Below are positions 1 to 9,201 of a stretch of DNA of 37,256 nucleotides, piece by piece. The notes beneath the pieces are model-generated. The model had not been told where the DNA came from and ran no database searches. It worked only from the letters and a program-made list of their open reading frames with translations. The translations under genes and the position numbers were made by a program. Source of the DNA: a virus; the IMG/VR virus record IMGVR_UViG_3300045988_142508; one strand, 5' to 3'. How positions within the stretch are numbered: position 1 is the stretch's first letter; every line of letters begins with the position of its first letter.

Positions 1-77
1 TTCGCTCCGGTGGCCCCGGTCGCGCCAGTGGCGCCGGCAGGGCCCTGCGGTCCTTGCACTCCCTGCTTGCCTTGCGG
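1..77. repeat. Terminal 77-nt sequence identical to 37180..37256 (circular-closure overlap)
   Basis: Direct comparison shows ttcgctccggtggccccggtcgcgccagtggcgccggcagggccctgcggtccttgcactccctgcttgccttgcgg at both ends. Confidence 0.95.
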
Positions 78-128
78 TCCGGTGTCGCCCTTGGGGCCTT
101 TGACGTTGCCGAGCAGAATCTTCGTCAT
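1..128 (-). CDS. Collagen-repeat tail fibre protein, 5' part of a junction-spanning gene (continues at 37179 down to 36756; 552 nt, 183 aa when joined)
   Basis: The ATG is the reverse complement of 126-128. It is preceded by TAAGGAGCGCAT, which is the upstream stop plus an SD. Translation is [38 protein letters not shown]..., in frame with ORF 36756..37238 once the 77-nt overlap is collapsed. Confidence 0.8.
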   Translation of the reverse strand, partial: MTKILLGNVKGPKGDTGPQGKQGVQGPQGPAGATGATGATGA

Positions 129-137
129 ATGCGCTCC

Positions 138-1049
138 TTACTTTCCGTCATTGATCATGTAGTACAGGTCTCCCGTCGCCGGATCGTAGGAGACGGGAGC
201 CGCCGACGCGGTGGTCGTATCCGCGTACACGGCGTACAGGTCTCCGTTCGGATCGACCTGCAGTGTGAAGAATCCGGAAGTTGGCGCCGTCACGCCGCTG
301 GCACCCTGCGGTCCTGTCGGCCCCTGTGGGCCCTGCAGTCCCTGCGCACCTTGTATTCCCTGCTTGCCTTGCGGCCCGGTGGGGCCTGTCGCTCCGGTAG
401 GTCCGGCAGGACCAGTCGGACCTACCGAGCCAGTGGGACCGGTGGGGCCTGTTGCTCCGGAGGGGCCGACATCGCCTTTGTCACCCTTGTCGCCCTTCAG
501 CCCTTCAGGACCTTGCGGACCGGGAGGTCCGGCAGCTCCGGTGGCTCCTTTAGGCCCGATCTCGCCGGTATCGCCCTTCACACCTTGCGGGCCGACGTCA
601 CCCTTCGGACCCTGCGGGCCGACAGGGCCTTGCGCTCCGATGATGGACTGCCTGGAAACCGTCTTCCCTTGGAACTGGCCGCCGGATTGCGAAACGCACT
701 GCCAGATGATGCTGTATTTTCCGCCACCTGACAATGCGGTCGAATATTCATTGACGAGTGGTGTTCGGTTCAACCATTCGCTCACGTTTCCCGTGAATAT
801 GGCGCCTGCCGGATATTCGCCAACGAGTATCTTTTTCATCACGAGCGCCGGAAGGCCGACGTCGCCTTTAACGCCCTGGACGCCTTGCTTGCCTTGTGGG
901 CCAGTGTCACCAGTATCGCCCTTAGGTCCTTGGGGACCGACGGCTCCCGTATCGCCTTTCATTCCTTGCTTGCCTTGCGGCCCGGTGTCACCGGTATCGC
1001 CCTTGTCTCCTTTGGGGCCTTTGATATTACCGATTAGAAGCCTGGTCAT
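138..1049 (-). CDS. Collagen-repeat (G-X-Y) tail fibre protein, 303 aa
   Basis: N-terminus is [20 protein letters not shown]. There are two long G-X-Y tracts separated by a globular insert. The C-terminal module is [14 protein letters not shown]...TGDLY. It directly follows the upstream stop at 1053. Confidence 0.85.
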   Translation of the reverse strand: MTRLLIGNIKGPKGDKGDTGDTGPQGKQGMKGDTGAVGPQGPKGDTGDTGPQGKQGVQGVKGDVGLPALVMKKILVGEYPAGAIFTGNVSEWLNRTPLVNEYSTALSGGGKYSIIWQCVSQSGGQFQGKTVSRQSIIGAQGPVGPQGPKGDVGPQGVKGDTGEIGPKGATGAAGPPGPQGPEGLKGDKGDKGDVGPSGATGPTGPTGSVGPTGPAGPTGATGPTGPQGKQGIQGAQGLQGPQGPTGPQGASGVTAPTSGFFTLQVDPNGDLYAVYADTTTASAAPVSYDPATGDLYYMINDGK

Positions 1050-1052
1050 TAA

Positions 1053-2792
1053 TCACCTTTCTGGTATATCCACATACAGGTCGCCGCTCTTGGGATCCCA
1101 AGTGAACGATGGTGGGCTCGTATTATCCGGATAATTCACATATAGGTCACCGTCGCCTTCCATGCTGAGTGTGAAGAAGCCGTTCGAGGGAGCGGATATG
1201 CCGCTGTCGCCCTTTTCACCTCTTTCGCCCTGCGGACCTTGGATGCCTTGGACTCCTTGTATTCCCTGCTTGCCTTGCGGACCAACCGGTCCGACCGGTC
1301 CTTGCGGGCCGGTGGACCCCGTTAGACCGGTTGGACCTGCGGGGCCTTGCGGCCCTGTAGGACCGGCCGCTCCAGCGTCGCCCTTCTCCCCGCGCAGGCC
1401 CTGCAGACCTTGTGGCCCCTCCGGGCCTGCCAAGCCCTGTGGACCGCGTTCACCGGCCGCTCCAGTCGCTCCTCTGGACCCGGTATCACCCTTCTCGCCT
1501 TTTTCGCCTTGCGGCCCCTGATCGCCTTTCTCACCTTTTGGCCCCTGCGCGCCCTGACCGCCTGTCGGAAGCCCCAGGTTCAGGGTCTTGTCGCTGCCAT
1601 CTCCGGTAAGCGACGCGCTGGCCTGCGCGCCTGCTGCGAGCGTGTCCACCGAACCGATTCTCAGGCCGGTGATGTAGTCGCCTTTCGGCTGCTTGCCCGC
1701 CAACGCCGTATTAAGCGCACCGATGTCCTGTCTGGTCACGTCGGCGCTGAAGGTCCAATTATCAAGCTTGAGGCCGGCTCCCGCGTAGTAGGCGTGTCCG
1801 CCATCCCCGATGGAGGATTCTCCGCTGTTGCCGCCGGCGCTGGCGCCTCCGGATTCGTAGGTGACGGTGAGCACGCCTCCCGAAACCTTGACGATCTTCT
1901 TGGAGATCTCGGCAGTGACGACGAGGCCCGTGTTGTTGTCACGGCCCGTGACCAGGTCGCCAACGTCCGCGTCGATGCCGTCAGGAATGTCCACGTCGAT
2001 GGTGCTGGTGTTCCGAAGTTCCTGGAATTTCTGCCTGCCCTTGTCCTCGAGCTCGTCGGCTTCGGCGTTGGACAACTCGTATGTGGCGGTGCGTTCGTCA
2101 AGCCCTTTGAGTGTCTGCGTGTGGCTGAACGTGCCGTTCGCGTCGGCGTACCAGTGGATGACGGTACGGTCCTTGAGTTCGCCCTTGCCCAGGCAGATGA
2201 GATGGTTGATAGGGTGCGCCGCCTGTTTGGCGGTGAAGTCGATGAGGTCCGAGTCGATGCTGTCGCCGATTGTGCGGACGGGCATGGCGCTCATGGCCAC
2301 CTTGTCGCCGTCATTACGCAACCGGAGTTTGAGTCCGCTTGCCCTGAGCATCTTGACCAGACCGCTGTACAGGTCCACGTACCGGTCGAACCGGCAGGTG
2401 GTCTTGTGGTCGGCGCTTTCTTCGGTGACGGTGAACAGGCCTTGCAATCCCGCACGGCTGACGAGCGTGCGCATGATGACGGGAATCGTGCCGGACAGGG
2501 TGAGGTAATCGGTGTTCCTGTCCGGTTCGATGATCTTCGAGGCGAGCACTCCATGCCAGTCGCGGCCATGCCATGTGACGGCGGACAGGCCTCCGTCCAC
2601 GTCGACATCCGTGTCGTCGATGATGCCGCCGTACTCGGTGCCGTCGATCATGATGCGGCTCCCCGCCTTGAGCGCGGCGTCTTCGACCTGCAGGTCGAAG
2701 TCATTCTCCCCGCTACCGAACGCGAGGTCGAGCGTGTATGAGGCGTGGCTCGCCACGGGTTTGCCTGTGGCGTCGGTGACGATCAGGTCCAT
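1053..2792 (-). CDS. Minor tail protein (ReqiPepy6 Gp37-like N-terminal region) with C-terminal collagen-like repeats, 579 aa
   Basis: The internal ATG at 2792 ([16 protein letters not shown]...) has the SD GGAAAGGAG and overlaps the upstream stop by 10 nt. The longer ORF-track start at 3077 lies inside the preceding gene. About 120 aa are G-X-Y, followed by [14 protein letters not shown]...SGDLY. Confidence 0.8.
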   Translation of the reverse strand: MDLIVTDATGKPVASHASYTLDLAFGSGENDFDLQVEDAALKAGSRIMIDGTEYGGIIDDTDVDVDGGLSAVTWHGRDWHGVLASKIIEPDRNTDYLTLSGTIPVIMRTLVSRAGLQGLFTVTEESADHKTTCRFDRYVDLYSGLVKMLRASGLKLRLRNDGDKVAMSAMPVRTIGDSIDSDLIDFTAKQAAHPINHLICLGKGELKDRTVIHWYADANGTFSHTQTLKGLDERTATYELSNAEADELEDKGRQKFQELRNTSTIDVDIPDGIDADVGDLVTGRDNNTGLVVTAEISKKIVKVSGGVLTVTYESGGASAGGNSGESSIGDGGHAYYAGAGLKLDNWTFSADVTRQDIGALNTALAGKQPKGDYITGLRIGSVDTLAAGAQASASLTGDGSDKTLNLGLPTGGQGAQGPKGEKGDQGPQGEKGEKGDTGSRGATGAAGERGPQGLAGPEGPQGLQGLRGEKGDAGAAGPTGPQGPAGPTGLTGSTGPQGPVGPVGPQGKQGIQGVQGIQGPQGERGEKGDSGISAPSNGFFTLSMEGDGDLYVNYPDNTSPPSFTWDPKSGDLYVDIPER

Positions 2793-3610
2793 GGCGGTTC
2801 GCTCCTTTCCTCGCAGACCGTCAAGTCGAATTGGAATCCTCCCGGCCAGCTGATCGGCTGTGTTCCGGGCGCGAGCGGTTGGAACACGTACCGGCCGGAA
2901 TCCTTGCCCGACCCTCGCACGGCCTGCGCGAAGCAGTTTGTGGCGAGACCTGTGCCGCTGACCATGGTGACGGTCCTGACATCGCCGGTGCCGTCGATTT
3001 CCAGACGCGAGCCGGATGGCACGGTCACGTCGACCTCGTACCGGTTGGTTCCGATGATGACGTACGGGTTTGTGCACGGTCCGAATATCGTGAGCTTGAC
3101 CGGCTGCGGGATGGATGTGTCGTTGACGATCTCGGCACCCAATGCCATGCCGGCGAAATCATGCGGATAATCATATGGATAGTCAAGGTCGGCGGTTCCG
3201 GAATCGTATCGCGGCGTGAAATGCGTCATGGTCGGACGGCGCCACACGCCATCGGCCAGCACGATGGTCAACTGCGTCTCGACCATCGTGGGCGTGATGG
3301 ATTGCGGTTCGCTTTTCGTGATCCACGCTTTGGCTTCCCATTCGCCGTCGGCCACGAGCGTGCCCGGGTTCCCGGATGCCATGTCGGCGTCCGAGAGGCG
3401 GCGCAATAGGTTGAGCGTCTCCGGAGAATCGTGGATCTTCACGGTGATGGTCGTCTCGCGTGTCTTGCGTGCGATGCCCGTGATGCCGCGCGAGACGAGG
3501 CTGTAATCCCAGATGCGGGCGCGCAGTCCGGTGAGTGTCTCGCCATAGAGCGGCCCTTCGAAACCGATCGACTCGCCTGTTGCGCCGCTCACGTAGCTCA
3601 GGGTTCTCAT
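2783..3610 (-). CDS. Distal tail protein (Dit-like phage tail family protein), 275 aa
   Basis: It sits immediately downstream of the tape measure gene (4-nt overlap) and upstream of the tail-tip and fibre genes. Translation MRTLSYVSGATGESIGFEGPLYGE... is typical of siphovirus Dit proteins. Confidence 0.7.
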   Translation of the reverse strand: MRTLSYVSGATGESIGFEGPLYGETLTGLRARIWDYSLVSRGITGIARKTRETTITVKIHDSPETLNLLRRLSDADMASGNPGTLVADGEWEAKAWITKSEPQSITPTMVETQLTIVLADGVWRRPTMTHFTPRYDSGTADLDYPYDYPHDFAGMALGAEIVNDTSIPQPVKLTIFGPCTNPYVIIGTNRYEVDVTVPSGSRLEIDGTGDVRTVTMVSGTGLATNCFAQAVRGSGKDSGRYVFQPLAPGTQPISWPGGFQFDLTVCEERSEPPWT

Positions 3611-6600
3611 GCCACGCTCCTTACGAGTCTTGCGAAGTCACGTTGGGTGAACGGCCGGTCGTCGGCCGTCGCCGCTTCGACGGCTTCGATCAGCGTGTCC
3701 ATCCTGCCGATGACGGTTTCCCATAGTCTGTCGGAATCCGATGGCGTGGCCGTGGTGACGTTCAATCGTCCGGTCTTCGCCCAGTCCGTACCGTCGAGGC
3801 TCATCGAGGAGACGAGCGAGTCCATGGACCGGTTGACCACGGCGGCTGAATCATCGATGCCCAATGCCATGCCTCGGCCGATCATCACGCCGACCTCGTC
3901 ACGCATGAGGCGTGACGGCGAGTGGATGCCGAGTTTGCTTTTGACAGCGGAGATGGCGTCGTTGACGCCGGAGAGCAGGCTCGACGCGATGCTGCCGATC
4001 TTGCTCTGGATGCCGCTGACGATGCCGCTGACGATGTTCGCTCCGATGCTGAGCATGCGGCCCGGCAGGGAGGAAAGGGTGCTGACGATGTTCTGCACGA
4101 ACTGCTTGCCGGCCTGCGACGCCTTGGTCCCCATCTGGGACGCCCAGTTGGCGACGCTGGAGATCGTCGCGGACAGCCAGGAGCCGATTCTTCCCGGCAA
4201 TTGGGCGAGGAACGTGCCCACGCTCGTGAGGAACCGGCTGCCCGCCTGGATGGCCTGCGATGCCATGTTGGAAACCCACGCCGAGGCTGAGGCTACGGCT
4301 CCCGCGAGCCAGCTGGCCACATTGCCGGGCAGCTGGGTGAGGAACGTGCCGACGTTCTGCAGGAACTGCGTACCCATCTGTAGAGCCTGCATGGCCGTGG
4401 ACGACACCCATGCGCCGATGCTCGCGGCGGTCGAGGCGAGCCATGCGGCCACGTTCCCTGGGAGTTGGGTAAGGAACGTTCCGACGTTCTGCACGAATTG
4501 CATGCCCATCTGGAGTGCCTGCGCGCCGAACGCGACCGCGTACAGCGCGATTGACGTGACGGTGTAGCCGAGCCAGTAGGCGATCGTCTCTGGCAGGTTC
4601 ATGATCGCGTTGGCGAGGTTCGTGAGGAACTGTTGGCCTGCCTGCAATGCGGACTGGCCGAGGTTCACGGCCCATGATGCGACGGCCGACGCGGCTCCGG
4701 CGAGCCAGCTGGCGATGTTGCCGGGCAGTTGGTGGAACCATTGTCCGATGCCTTGGATGGCCGACGGGAGCGTCGAGGTGAAGAACGTGACGATGGTCTG
4801 GCCGATAGAGGTGACCTTGCCGACGGTCGCCTGCCAAGCGGATGAAAGGAACGACGTGAACGACGCCCACCACTGCTGTCCGACCTTGGTCTGAGTGAAA
4901 AACCATGTCAACGCGGCCACGGCCGCCGCAGCTGCGGTGATGAACAATCCGAACGGGTTGGCGTTCATCACCGCGGTGAACGCGACCTGCACGGCTGTCG
5001 CCGCCTTTGTGACTGCAGACCATGCGGTCTGCGCGGCGGTGACGATCTTCAGTCCGCCTGCCATCTCCTTCAAGGCCGGGACGATACCGCCCAATTGCAT
5101 CATCAGATCGACCGTCTTGGAAACGCCGGTGGCGGCCGTCGTCAGTGTCTGCGCGCCGGTCGTGACGGCCGATATCGCGGTCGACACTCCCTTCAGTCCG
5201 GCCGAGACGATGTCCCAGCCCTTGACTGCGAGCAATGCGATGGTGATGGCCTTCAACGCGCCGGACACCAGTGCGCCGTTCTGCTGAGCCCACTGTCCGA
5301 CCGACTGCAGCCATCCTCCCACCTTCATGAGCACGCCGGTCAAAGTGTTCAACAGTCCGGCGAAGCTCTGCGCCGCGGAACCGGCGGTGCGCGCGCTGTC
5401 GTTGAAGCCGAAGGCCTGCGAGACCGCGGCCGCCAATCCGGAAACCAGCGAGCCCAATCCGGAGATGACGCCGGTCAGGCTTTCAAGGAACGGCTGCAAC
5501 GCGCCCGTCTCGATGAACGTGTTGACGAACGTCTTCGCCCATCCCGCCGCGTTCGACAACACCTGCGCGACCGAAGCGACCACTCCCGCGAGCGCGCCGG
5601 CGGTTGTGGAGAACATTGTGGCGGCTTCGCCGCCATTGTTGAGTCCACCTATGAGTGATGTGATTGCGTTCCAGAGGCCAGTGAGTTGGCTTTTGAGGCT
5701 GGCCGTCGCCGAGGCGAGCATCTGGAAACCGGGGATGTTGGCTAGTGTGTCGCTGAGGTTTTTGAGTTTCGCCTGTGTGGCGGGTATCGCGTTCTCGAGG
5801 CCTTGTTGGAGTGCCGCGCCGACCTTTTGCAGGGTTGGCGTGACGGCTGCGGTGAATGTGTCGATGAGTGGGATGGCTTGGTTGAACAGGCCGCGTAAGC
5901 CGTTGAGAACTGGTGTGGCGGCTGTTTCTCCGAGTCGGCTCAACGCGGCTTTCACGTTGGCCAGGGCGCCGGTGAATGTGGTGCCTGCGGATAGTGCGGC
6001 TCCGCCTAGGCCTTCCTGCATGGCGTCGGCGAAGGTTTGGAAGTCGATTTTGCCGTCCGAGACCATGTCGGACACTTCGGCGCTGGTCTTGTTCAGATGC
6101 TTGCCGAGCATTTGGAGGACGGGGATGCCGCTCGACATGAGCTGGAGCATGTCGTCGCCCTGGAGTTTGCCTCGAGCGGCGACGGAACCGAAGATCATGC
6201 CGATGTCGGTGAGGCTTCTGCCGCTGATCTGCGCGGTGTCAGCCACGGTCTTGAGGACCTTGGTGAGCTGGTCGCCTTCCTTGATGCCGGACGCTGACAG
6301 GCTGGCCGCGACGGTCGCGGCGTCACCCAATCCGAACGCGGTGCCTTTGACGGAGGCGAGCGCGTCGTTCATGATTTCGGTGACGCTCGCGCTGTCGTGG
6401 CCGAGGCCTTTGAGTTTGGCTTGCGCGTTCTCGATGTTGAGGGCGCGGGTGAAGCCGCCTTTGGCGGCCAATGCGGTGATGCCGCCGGCGAGGGTGGCGA
6501 TCGCGCCTGTGCCGACCTTGCCGATTTTGCCGAATGCCCCGCCGATTTTCGAAATGAGGGTGTTGGAGCTTTTCTTGGAGGCTTTGTTGACGGCGTCGCC

Positions 6601-6684
6601 GATGTCGCCTTCGATGCTTTTGCCGAATCCTTTGCCGGATGGTTCGACGTGGACGTATACGACGCCGATGTCCTGTGCTGCCAT
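3607..6684 (-). CDS. Tail tape measure protein, 1025 aa
   Basis: This is the longest gene and follows the G/GT chaperones. It is Ala/Gly/Ser-rich helical sequence with hydrophobic segments and tandem ~44-aa repeats carrying (Q/S)LPG(N/R). A GIHSPSRLMRDEVG motif lies near the C-terminus. Confidence 0.93.
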   Translation of the reverse strand: MAAQDIGVVYVHVEPSGKGFGKSIEGDIGDAVNKASKKSSNTLISKIGGAFGKIGKVGTGAIATLAGGITALAAKGGFTRALNIENAQAKLKGLGHDSASVTEIMNDALASVKGTAFGLGDAATVAASLSASGIKEGDQLTKVLKTVADTAQISGRSLTDIGMIFGSVAARGKLQGDDMLQLMSSGIPVLQMLGKHLNKTSAEVSDMVSDGKIDFQTFADAMQEGLGGAALSAGTTFTGALANVKAALSRLGETAATPVLNGLRGLFNQAIPLIDTFTAAVTPTLQKVGAALQQGLENAIPATQAKLKNLSDTLANIPGFQMLASATASLKSQLTGLWNAITSLIGGLNNGGEAATMFSTTAGALAGVVASVAQVLSNAAGWAKTFVNTFIETGALQPFLESLTGVISGLGSLVSGLAAAVSQAFGFNDSARTAGSAAQSFAGLLNTLTGVLMKVGGWLQSVGQWAQQNGALVSGALKAITIALLAVKGWDIVSAGLKGVSTAISAVTTGAQTLTTAATGVSKTVDLMMQLGGIVPALKEMAGGLKIVTAAQTAWSAVTKAATAVQVAFTAVMNANPFGLFITAAAAAVAALTWFFTQTKVGQQWWASFTSFLSSAWQATVGKVTSIGQTIVTFFTSTLPSAIQGIGQWFHQLPGNIASWLAGAASAVASWAVNLGQSALQAGQQFLTNLANAIMNLPETIAYWLGYTVTSIALYAVAFGAQALQMGMQFVQNVGTFLTQLPGNVAAWLASTAASIGAWVSSTAMQALQMGTQFLQNVGTFLTQLPGNVASWLAGAVASASAWVSNMASQAIQAGSRFLTSVGTFLAQLPGRIGSWLSATISSVANWASQMGTKASQAGKQFVQNIVSTLSSLPGRMLSIGANIVSGIVSGIQSKIGSIASSLLSGVNDAISAVKSKLGIHSPSRLMRDEVGVMIGRGMALGIDDSAAVVNRSMDSLVSSMSLDGTDWAKTGRLNVTTATPSDSDRLWETVIGRMDTLIEAVEAATADDRPFTQRDFARLVRSVA
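4045..4797 (-). repeat. Six tandem ~44-aa (~132-nt) degenerate coding repeats inside the tape measure gene
   Basis: The LPG(N/R/E) motif recurs at TMP residues 652, 697, 741, 784, 828 and 872. Flanks such as ...QFLQNVGTFLTQLPGNVASWLAG... are conserved. Confidence 0.8.
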
Positions 6685-6728
6685 CGTGTTTCCTTATTCG
6701 TAGGTTGGGATTCCGATGGTGGTCGGAG

Positions 6729-7456
6729 TCAGAGGTCGTCGTTGATGTGGAAGTAGGCTTTGAGCCGTTCCCTGTCCTCGCGTTGACGGCGGGTGAGGTT
6801 GCGCGTCGGGGTTGGCGGGCGGAGCGGGTCGTGCTCGTGGTCGAACCATGGGCGTTTGCGTTGTCCGGACAGCGTCCAGACCGCCTGTTCGGCTCCGTCG
6901 GGCGCGTAGACGGCGTTCTGCAACGCCATCCACGAGTGGCTCGTATGGTCTTTGAGGATTTCGCGGGTCAACGCCCAGGCGAGTCCCCAATCGACTCGTG
7001 GACGTTGGCCTTCAACCCATTCCCGGAAGCGTACGGGCCTGTAGATCTGCCCGTACGCTCGGATCCAGTCGTAGGCTAGTGCCGCGCGATTGTTGTTCCA
7101 GAGGTGGGCGAGGTAAACGCTTTTGGGTCCAGTCCGGATTCCTCGGCCCACGCCTTGATGGTCGCGGTGAGGTAGGCCATCGGACGTTTGGTCTTGCGCA
7201 GCACGTTCCAGAAGTTCGGCTGCATCGTCTGGAAGTAGGCGAGGAACGTGCTCACGCAGGCCGTGGTTTCCTCGTCGGACAATGCGGGCTTGCTTTTGAC
7301 CAGGAGGATGGCCTGGACGAGTTCGATGGGCAGTTCCGCGTTGTTGAGGTTCGGCAGGTCGAGTTTGACGCCGGCGACCTCGAGGTGCACGTCGGGTTTG
7401 AGCTCTTCCGCTTCGGTCAGGTCTACGTCCACGACATGGTATTCTTTGTCGCTCAT
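6729..7456 (-). CDS. Tail assembly chaperone GT fusion product, made by a -1 programmed frameshift at 7121-7127
   Basis: After CCCAAAA the -1 frame reads PKSVYLAHLWNNNRAALAYDWIRAYG..., which is exactly the ORF ending at 6729. That ORF has no credible start of its own. Confidence 0.8.
7076..7456 (-). CDS. Tail assembly chaperone (G-like), 126 aa
   Basis: Acidic small protein MSDKEYHVVDVDLTEAEELKPD... located between the major tail and tape measure genes, the canonical position. Confidence 0.8.
   Translation of the reverse strand: MSDKEYHVVDVDLTEAEELKPDVHLEVAGVKLDLPNLNNAELPIELVQAILLVKSKPALSDEETTACVSTFLAYFQTMQPNFWNVLRKTKRPMAYLTATIKAWAEESGLDPKAFTSPTSGTTIARH
7121..7127 (-). promoter_or_regulatory. 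-1 ribosomal frameshift slippery heptamer C_CCA_AAA
   Basis: The minus strand reads GAC CCA AAA GCG in the G frame. This fits X_XXY_YYZ and lies 15 codons before the G stop. Confidence 0.75.
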
Positions 7457-7539
7457 GTTGGCTCCGTTCTAATGGTTGGCGGTTGAATGGGTGTCCCGTG
7501 CGGCCGACCGCCATCGGCCGCACGGGAAGAATCAATGGG

Positions 7540-8193
7540 TCACTTGGCGTCTTCAGTGACGAGGCCCCACGCGTGGAACTGCTCGCCCTTGTCTCCCTTG
7601 AGCATCTTGAACGTCATGCTGAAGTTCATGATCTCGCTGGATTTCAGGCTCACGTCGTCGCGGTCGGACACCTTCGAGTTGGTGCCGTACAGGAGGAATG
7701 GGCGGTCCTGCTGGTCGAGCGCGACCAGGACGAGGATCCATTCCTTCTTCAGGCCGGCGCCCTTGATGCTGATGCCGCCGTCGGATTCCACATCCACGTC
7801 GAAGTAGGCGGACACCACGTCCTTGCGTCCCTCCATCGCGGCGAGCTGGAGCGTCCAGTAGCCCGGATCCGTGTCGGACAGGACGATGTCGCCGTTGTGC
7901 GCCTTGTAGTCGGTGCTGTCGCCCGGCTCCGGATGCAGGACGGCGCCGTCCTCGGTGGAATAGCCGATCGGCTTCTTGTTGGACGGCGGCGTCCAGTTCA
8001 CGCCGTCCGGCGCGACGAACGTGCTGTCGCCCTGGGGGAACAGGAACAGCGCGTAGTTCTTGATCAGGCGCACGTTGCCGGAGTCGTTGCCGCTGGACAC
8101 GTACCCGTAGTCGGTCGCCCCCTGCGCCACCTGCGCGCTGGTTTCGGATGCCGTCTGTTCGACGGCGGTGGTTTCTTCGTTGTTGTCGGACAT
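7540..8193 (-). CDS. Major tail protein, 217 aa
   Basis: The internal ATG at 8193 gives MSDNNEETTAVEQTASE.... The upstream part of the 407-aa ORF is Arg/His-rich junk that overlaps real genes. Position upstream of the chaperones supports the call. Confidence 0.8.
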   Translation of the reverse strand: MSDNNEETTAVEQTASETSAQVAQGATDYGYVSSGNDSGNVRLIKNYALFLFPQGDSTFVAPDGVNWTPPSNKKPIGYSTEDGAVLHPEPGDSTDYKAHNGDIVLSDTDPGYWTLQLAAMEGRKDVVSAYFDVDVESDGGISIKGAGLKKEWILVLVALDQQDRPFLLYGTNSKVSDRDDVSLKSSEIMNFSMTFKMLKGDKGEQFHAWGLVTEDAK

Positions 8194-8243
8194 TCGTCCA
8201 TACCTTTCGTTCTTGCCCGTGTGGCGGCACGTCTTGTTGTGTT

Positions 8244-8642
8244 TCAGTTGACGGAGACCTCGAGCAGGAGCACGCCGTACGCGCTCACCAGTCTCTTGTC
8301 CTCGTCGGTCATGCGTACCGGTCCGGATTCCAGTGACGCGCTGATGAGCGGCGCGACGGTTCCGAGCCTGATGATCTCCCTTGCGATGCTGGCCCACAGG
8401 CGGGCGGCCTTGTCCCAGTCGCCCGTATGGTCCTCTTTCATGCAGCGCACGCCCAGCCGCAGTCGCACGTATTGGGAGATGGGAGTGCTCATGCCCTGCA
8501 TGGAGTCGGCCAATGTGGCTTCGGTGAAGGGCGGTTCGAGGTCGTTGCGTTCGATGGTGTCGAACGTCACGTCCGGGAACAGTGTCCTCAGTTTGGGCAG
8601 GAGCAGGGGTTCCGTGCGCCGGGGAGTGACCGGGATGCTCAT
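8244..8642 (-). CDS. Tail terminator / tail completion protein, 132 aa
   Basis: Gene order places it immediately upstream of the major tail gene. It has a 4-nt overlap with the preceding gene. The function is assigned from synteny only. Confidence 0.55.
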   Translation of the reverse strand: MSIPVTPRRTEPLLLPKLRTLFPDVTFDTIERNDLEPPFTEATLADSMQGMSTPISQYVRLRLGVRCMKEDHTGDWDKAARLWASIAREIIRLGTVAPLISASLESGPVRMTDEDKRLVSAYGVLLLEVSVN

Positions 8643-8875
8643 ACGCGCATCCTTCCGAGCGTGTCCTCCAACGTGCCGTGCGCCTTCTCCACCGGTGCCG
8701 GGCAGATGATCGCCACGCCGCTGCGGTTCTTGCCGTCATGGTCGCGGACCATGCAACGGTCATCCTCTACGGCGGCTTCGGCCGCGTCCCTCATGCGCGA
8801 GCGCAATGTCTCGTTTTTGAGGACCTGTTGGCTGAACGCCTTGCGGTTGAATACGAATCTGCATCGTTTGGCCAT
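8639..8875 (-). CDS. Small neck / head-tail joining protein, 78 aa
   Basis: ATG at 8875 gives MAKRCRFVFNRKAFSQQVLKNE.... It lies between the head-closure and tail-terminator genes. The longer ORF-track start is Arg/Pro junk. Confidence 0.5.
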   Translation of the reverse strand: MAKRCRFVFNRKAFSQQVLKNETLRSRMRDAAEAAVEDDRCMVRDHDGKNRSGVAIICPAPVEKAHGTLEDTLGRMRV

Positions 8876-8877
8876 GC

Positions 8878-9201
8878 TTATCCTTCCCGTTCGCCCACGG
8901 TGATGACGTCGCCGATGTGGCGTCCGTGGAGGTTGTCCCACACCTGCGGCTTGCCCTTGACGGGCAGCAGCCGGCCCCTGACTTTGATCAGGTCGGTGGC
9001 CTGGATGCCGGTCGGTTGGTTTCCGCGGATGTGGATCGTGTATTCGGTGGTCTGCGGGCTGGCGTTCTCCTCGGTCTGGTCGGTGGTGGAGGTTGGCGCG
9101 ACCATCGCCTGGAACGTGCCGACGCGGGCGGGTTTGCCCTGGATGGGGTTGCCGTCCGTGTCGGTGGTGGACTGGCCGCGCCACACTTCGATGGTTTCCA
9201 C
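8878..9201 (-). CDS. Head closure / head-tail adaptor protein, 107 aa (GTG start)
   Basis: The GTG at 9199-9201 overlaps the upstream TAG (TAGTG). VETIEVWRGQSTTDTDGNPIQGKPARVGTFQAMV... resembles HK97/SPP1-type head-closure proteins. Confidence 0.6.
   Translation of the reverse strand: METIEVWRGQSTTDTDGNPIQGKPARVGTFQAMVAPTSTTDQTEENASPQTTEYTIHIRGNQPTGIQATDLIKVRGRLLPVKGKPQVWDNLHGRHIGDVITVGEREG

Noticed and set aside
54-1521. Long plus-strand ORFs (54..731, 211..1134, 1162..1521) encoding Pro/Gly/Cys-rich proteins
   Set aside because: They are the antisense mirror of G-X-Y collagen codons (GGN-NNN-NNN read backwards gives Pro-rich frames). They have no SD and overlap well-supported minus-strand fibre genes.
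2793-3077. N-terminal 95-aa extension of ORF 1053..3077 (MHKPVRHHRNQPVRGRR...)
   Set aside because: It is Arg/His-rich junk lying entirely inside the Dit gene. The internal ATG at 2792 has a strong SD and the usual stop/start overlap.
4045-4797. Regular ~132-nt periodicity that could be mistaken for a CRISPR-like or satellite array
   Set aside because: The repeats are degenerate and in frame, and they encode the TMP repeat units. There is no direct-repeat and unique-spacer structure.
3899-6703. Large alternative-frame ORFs inside the tape measure gene (3899..5314 minus, 471 aa; 5327..6703 plus, 458 aa; 3431..4567 plus, 378 aa)
   Set aside because: They are shadow ORFs typical of high-GC DNA, with Arg/Pro/His- or Ala/Pro-rich composition. 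They lie fully within the 1025-aa TMP, which has the expected position and features.
7483-8763. 408-aa plus-strand ORF 7483..8709 and the 407-aa version of ORF 7540..8763
   Set aside because: The plus ORF is antisense to the major tail and terminator genes and has junk composition. The upstream half of the minus ORF overlaps gene 8244..8642 in another frame. The internal start at 8193 gives a normal major tail protein.
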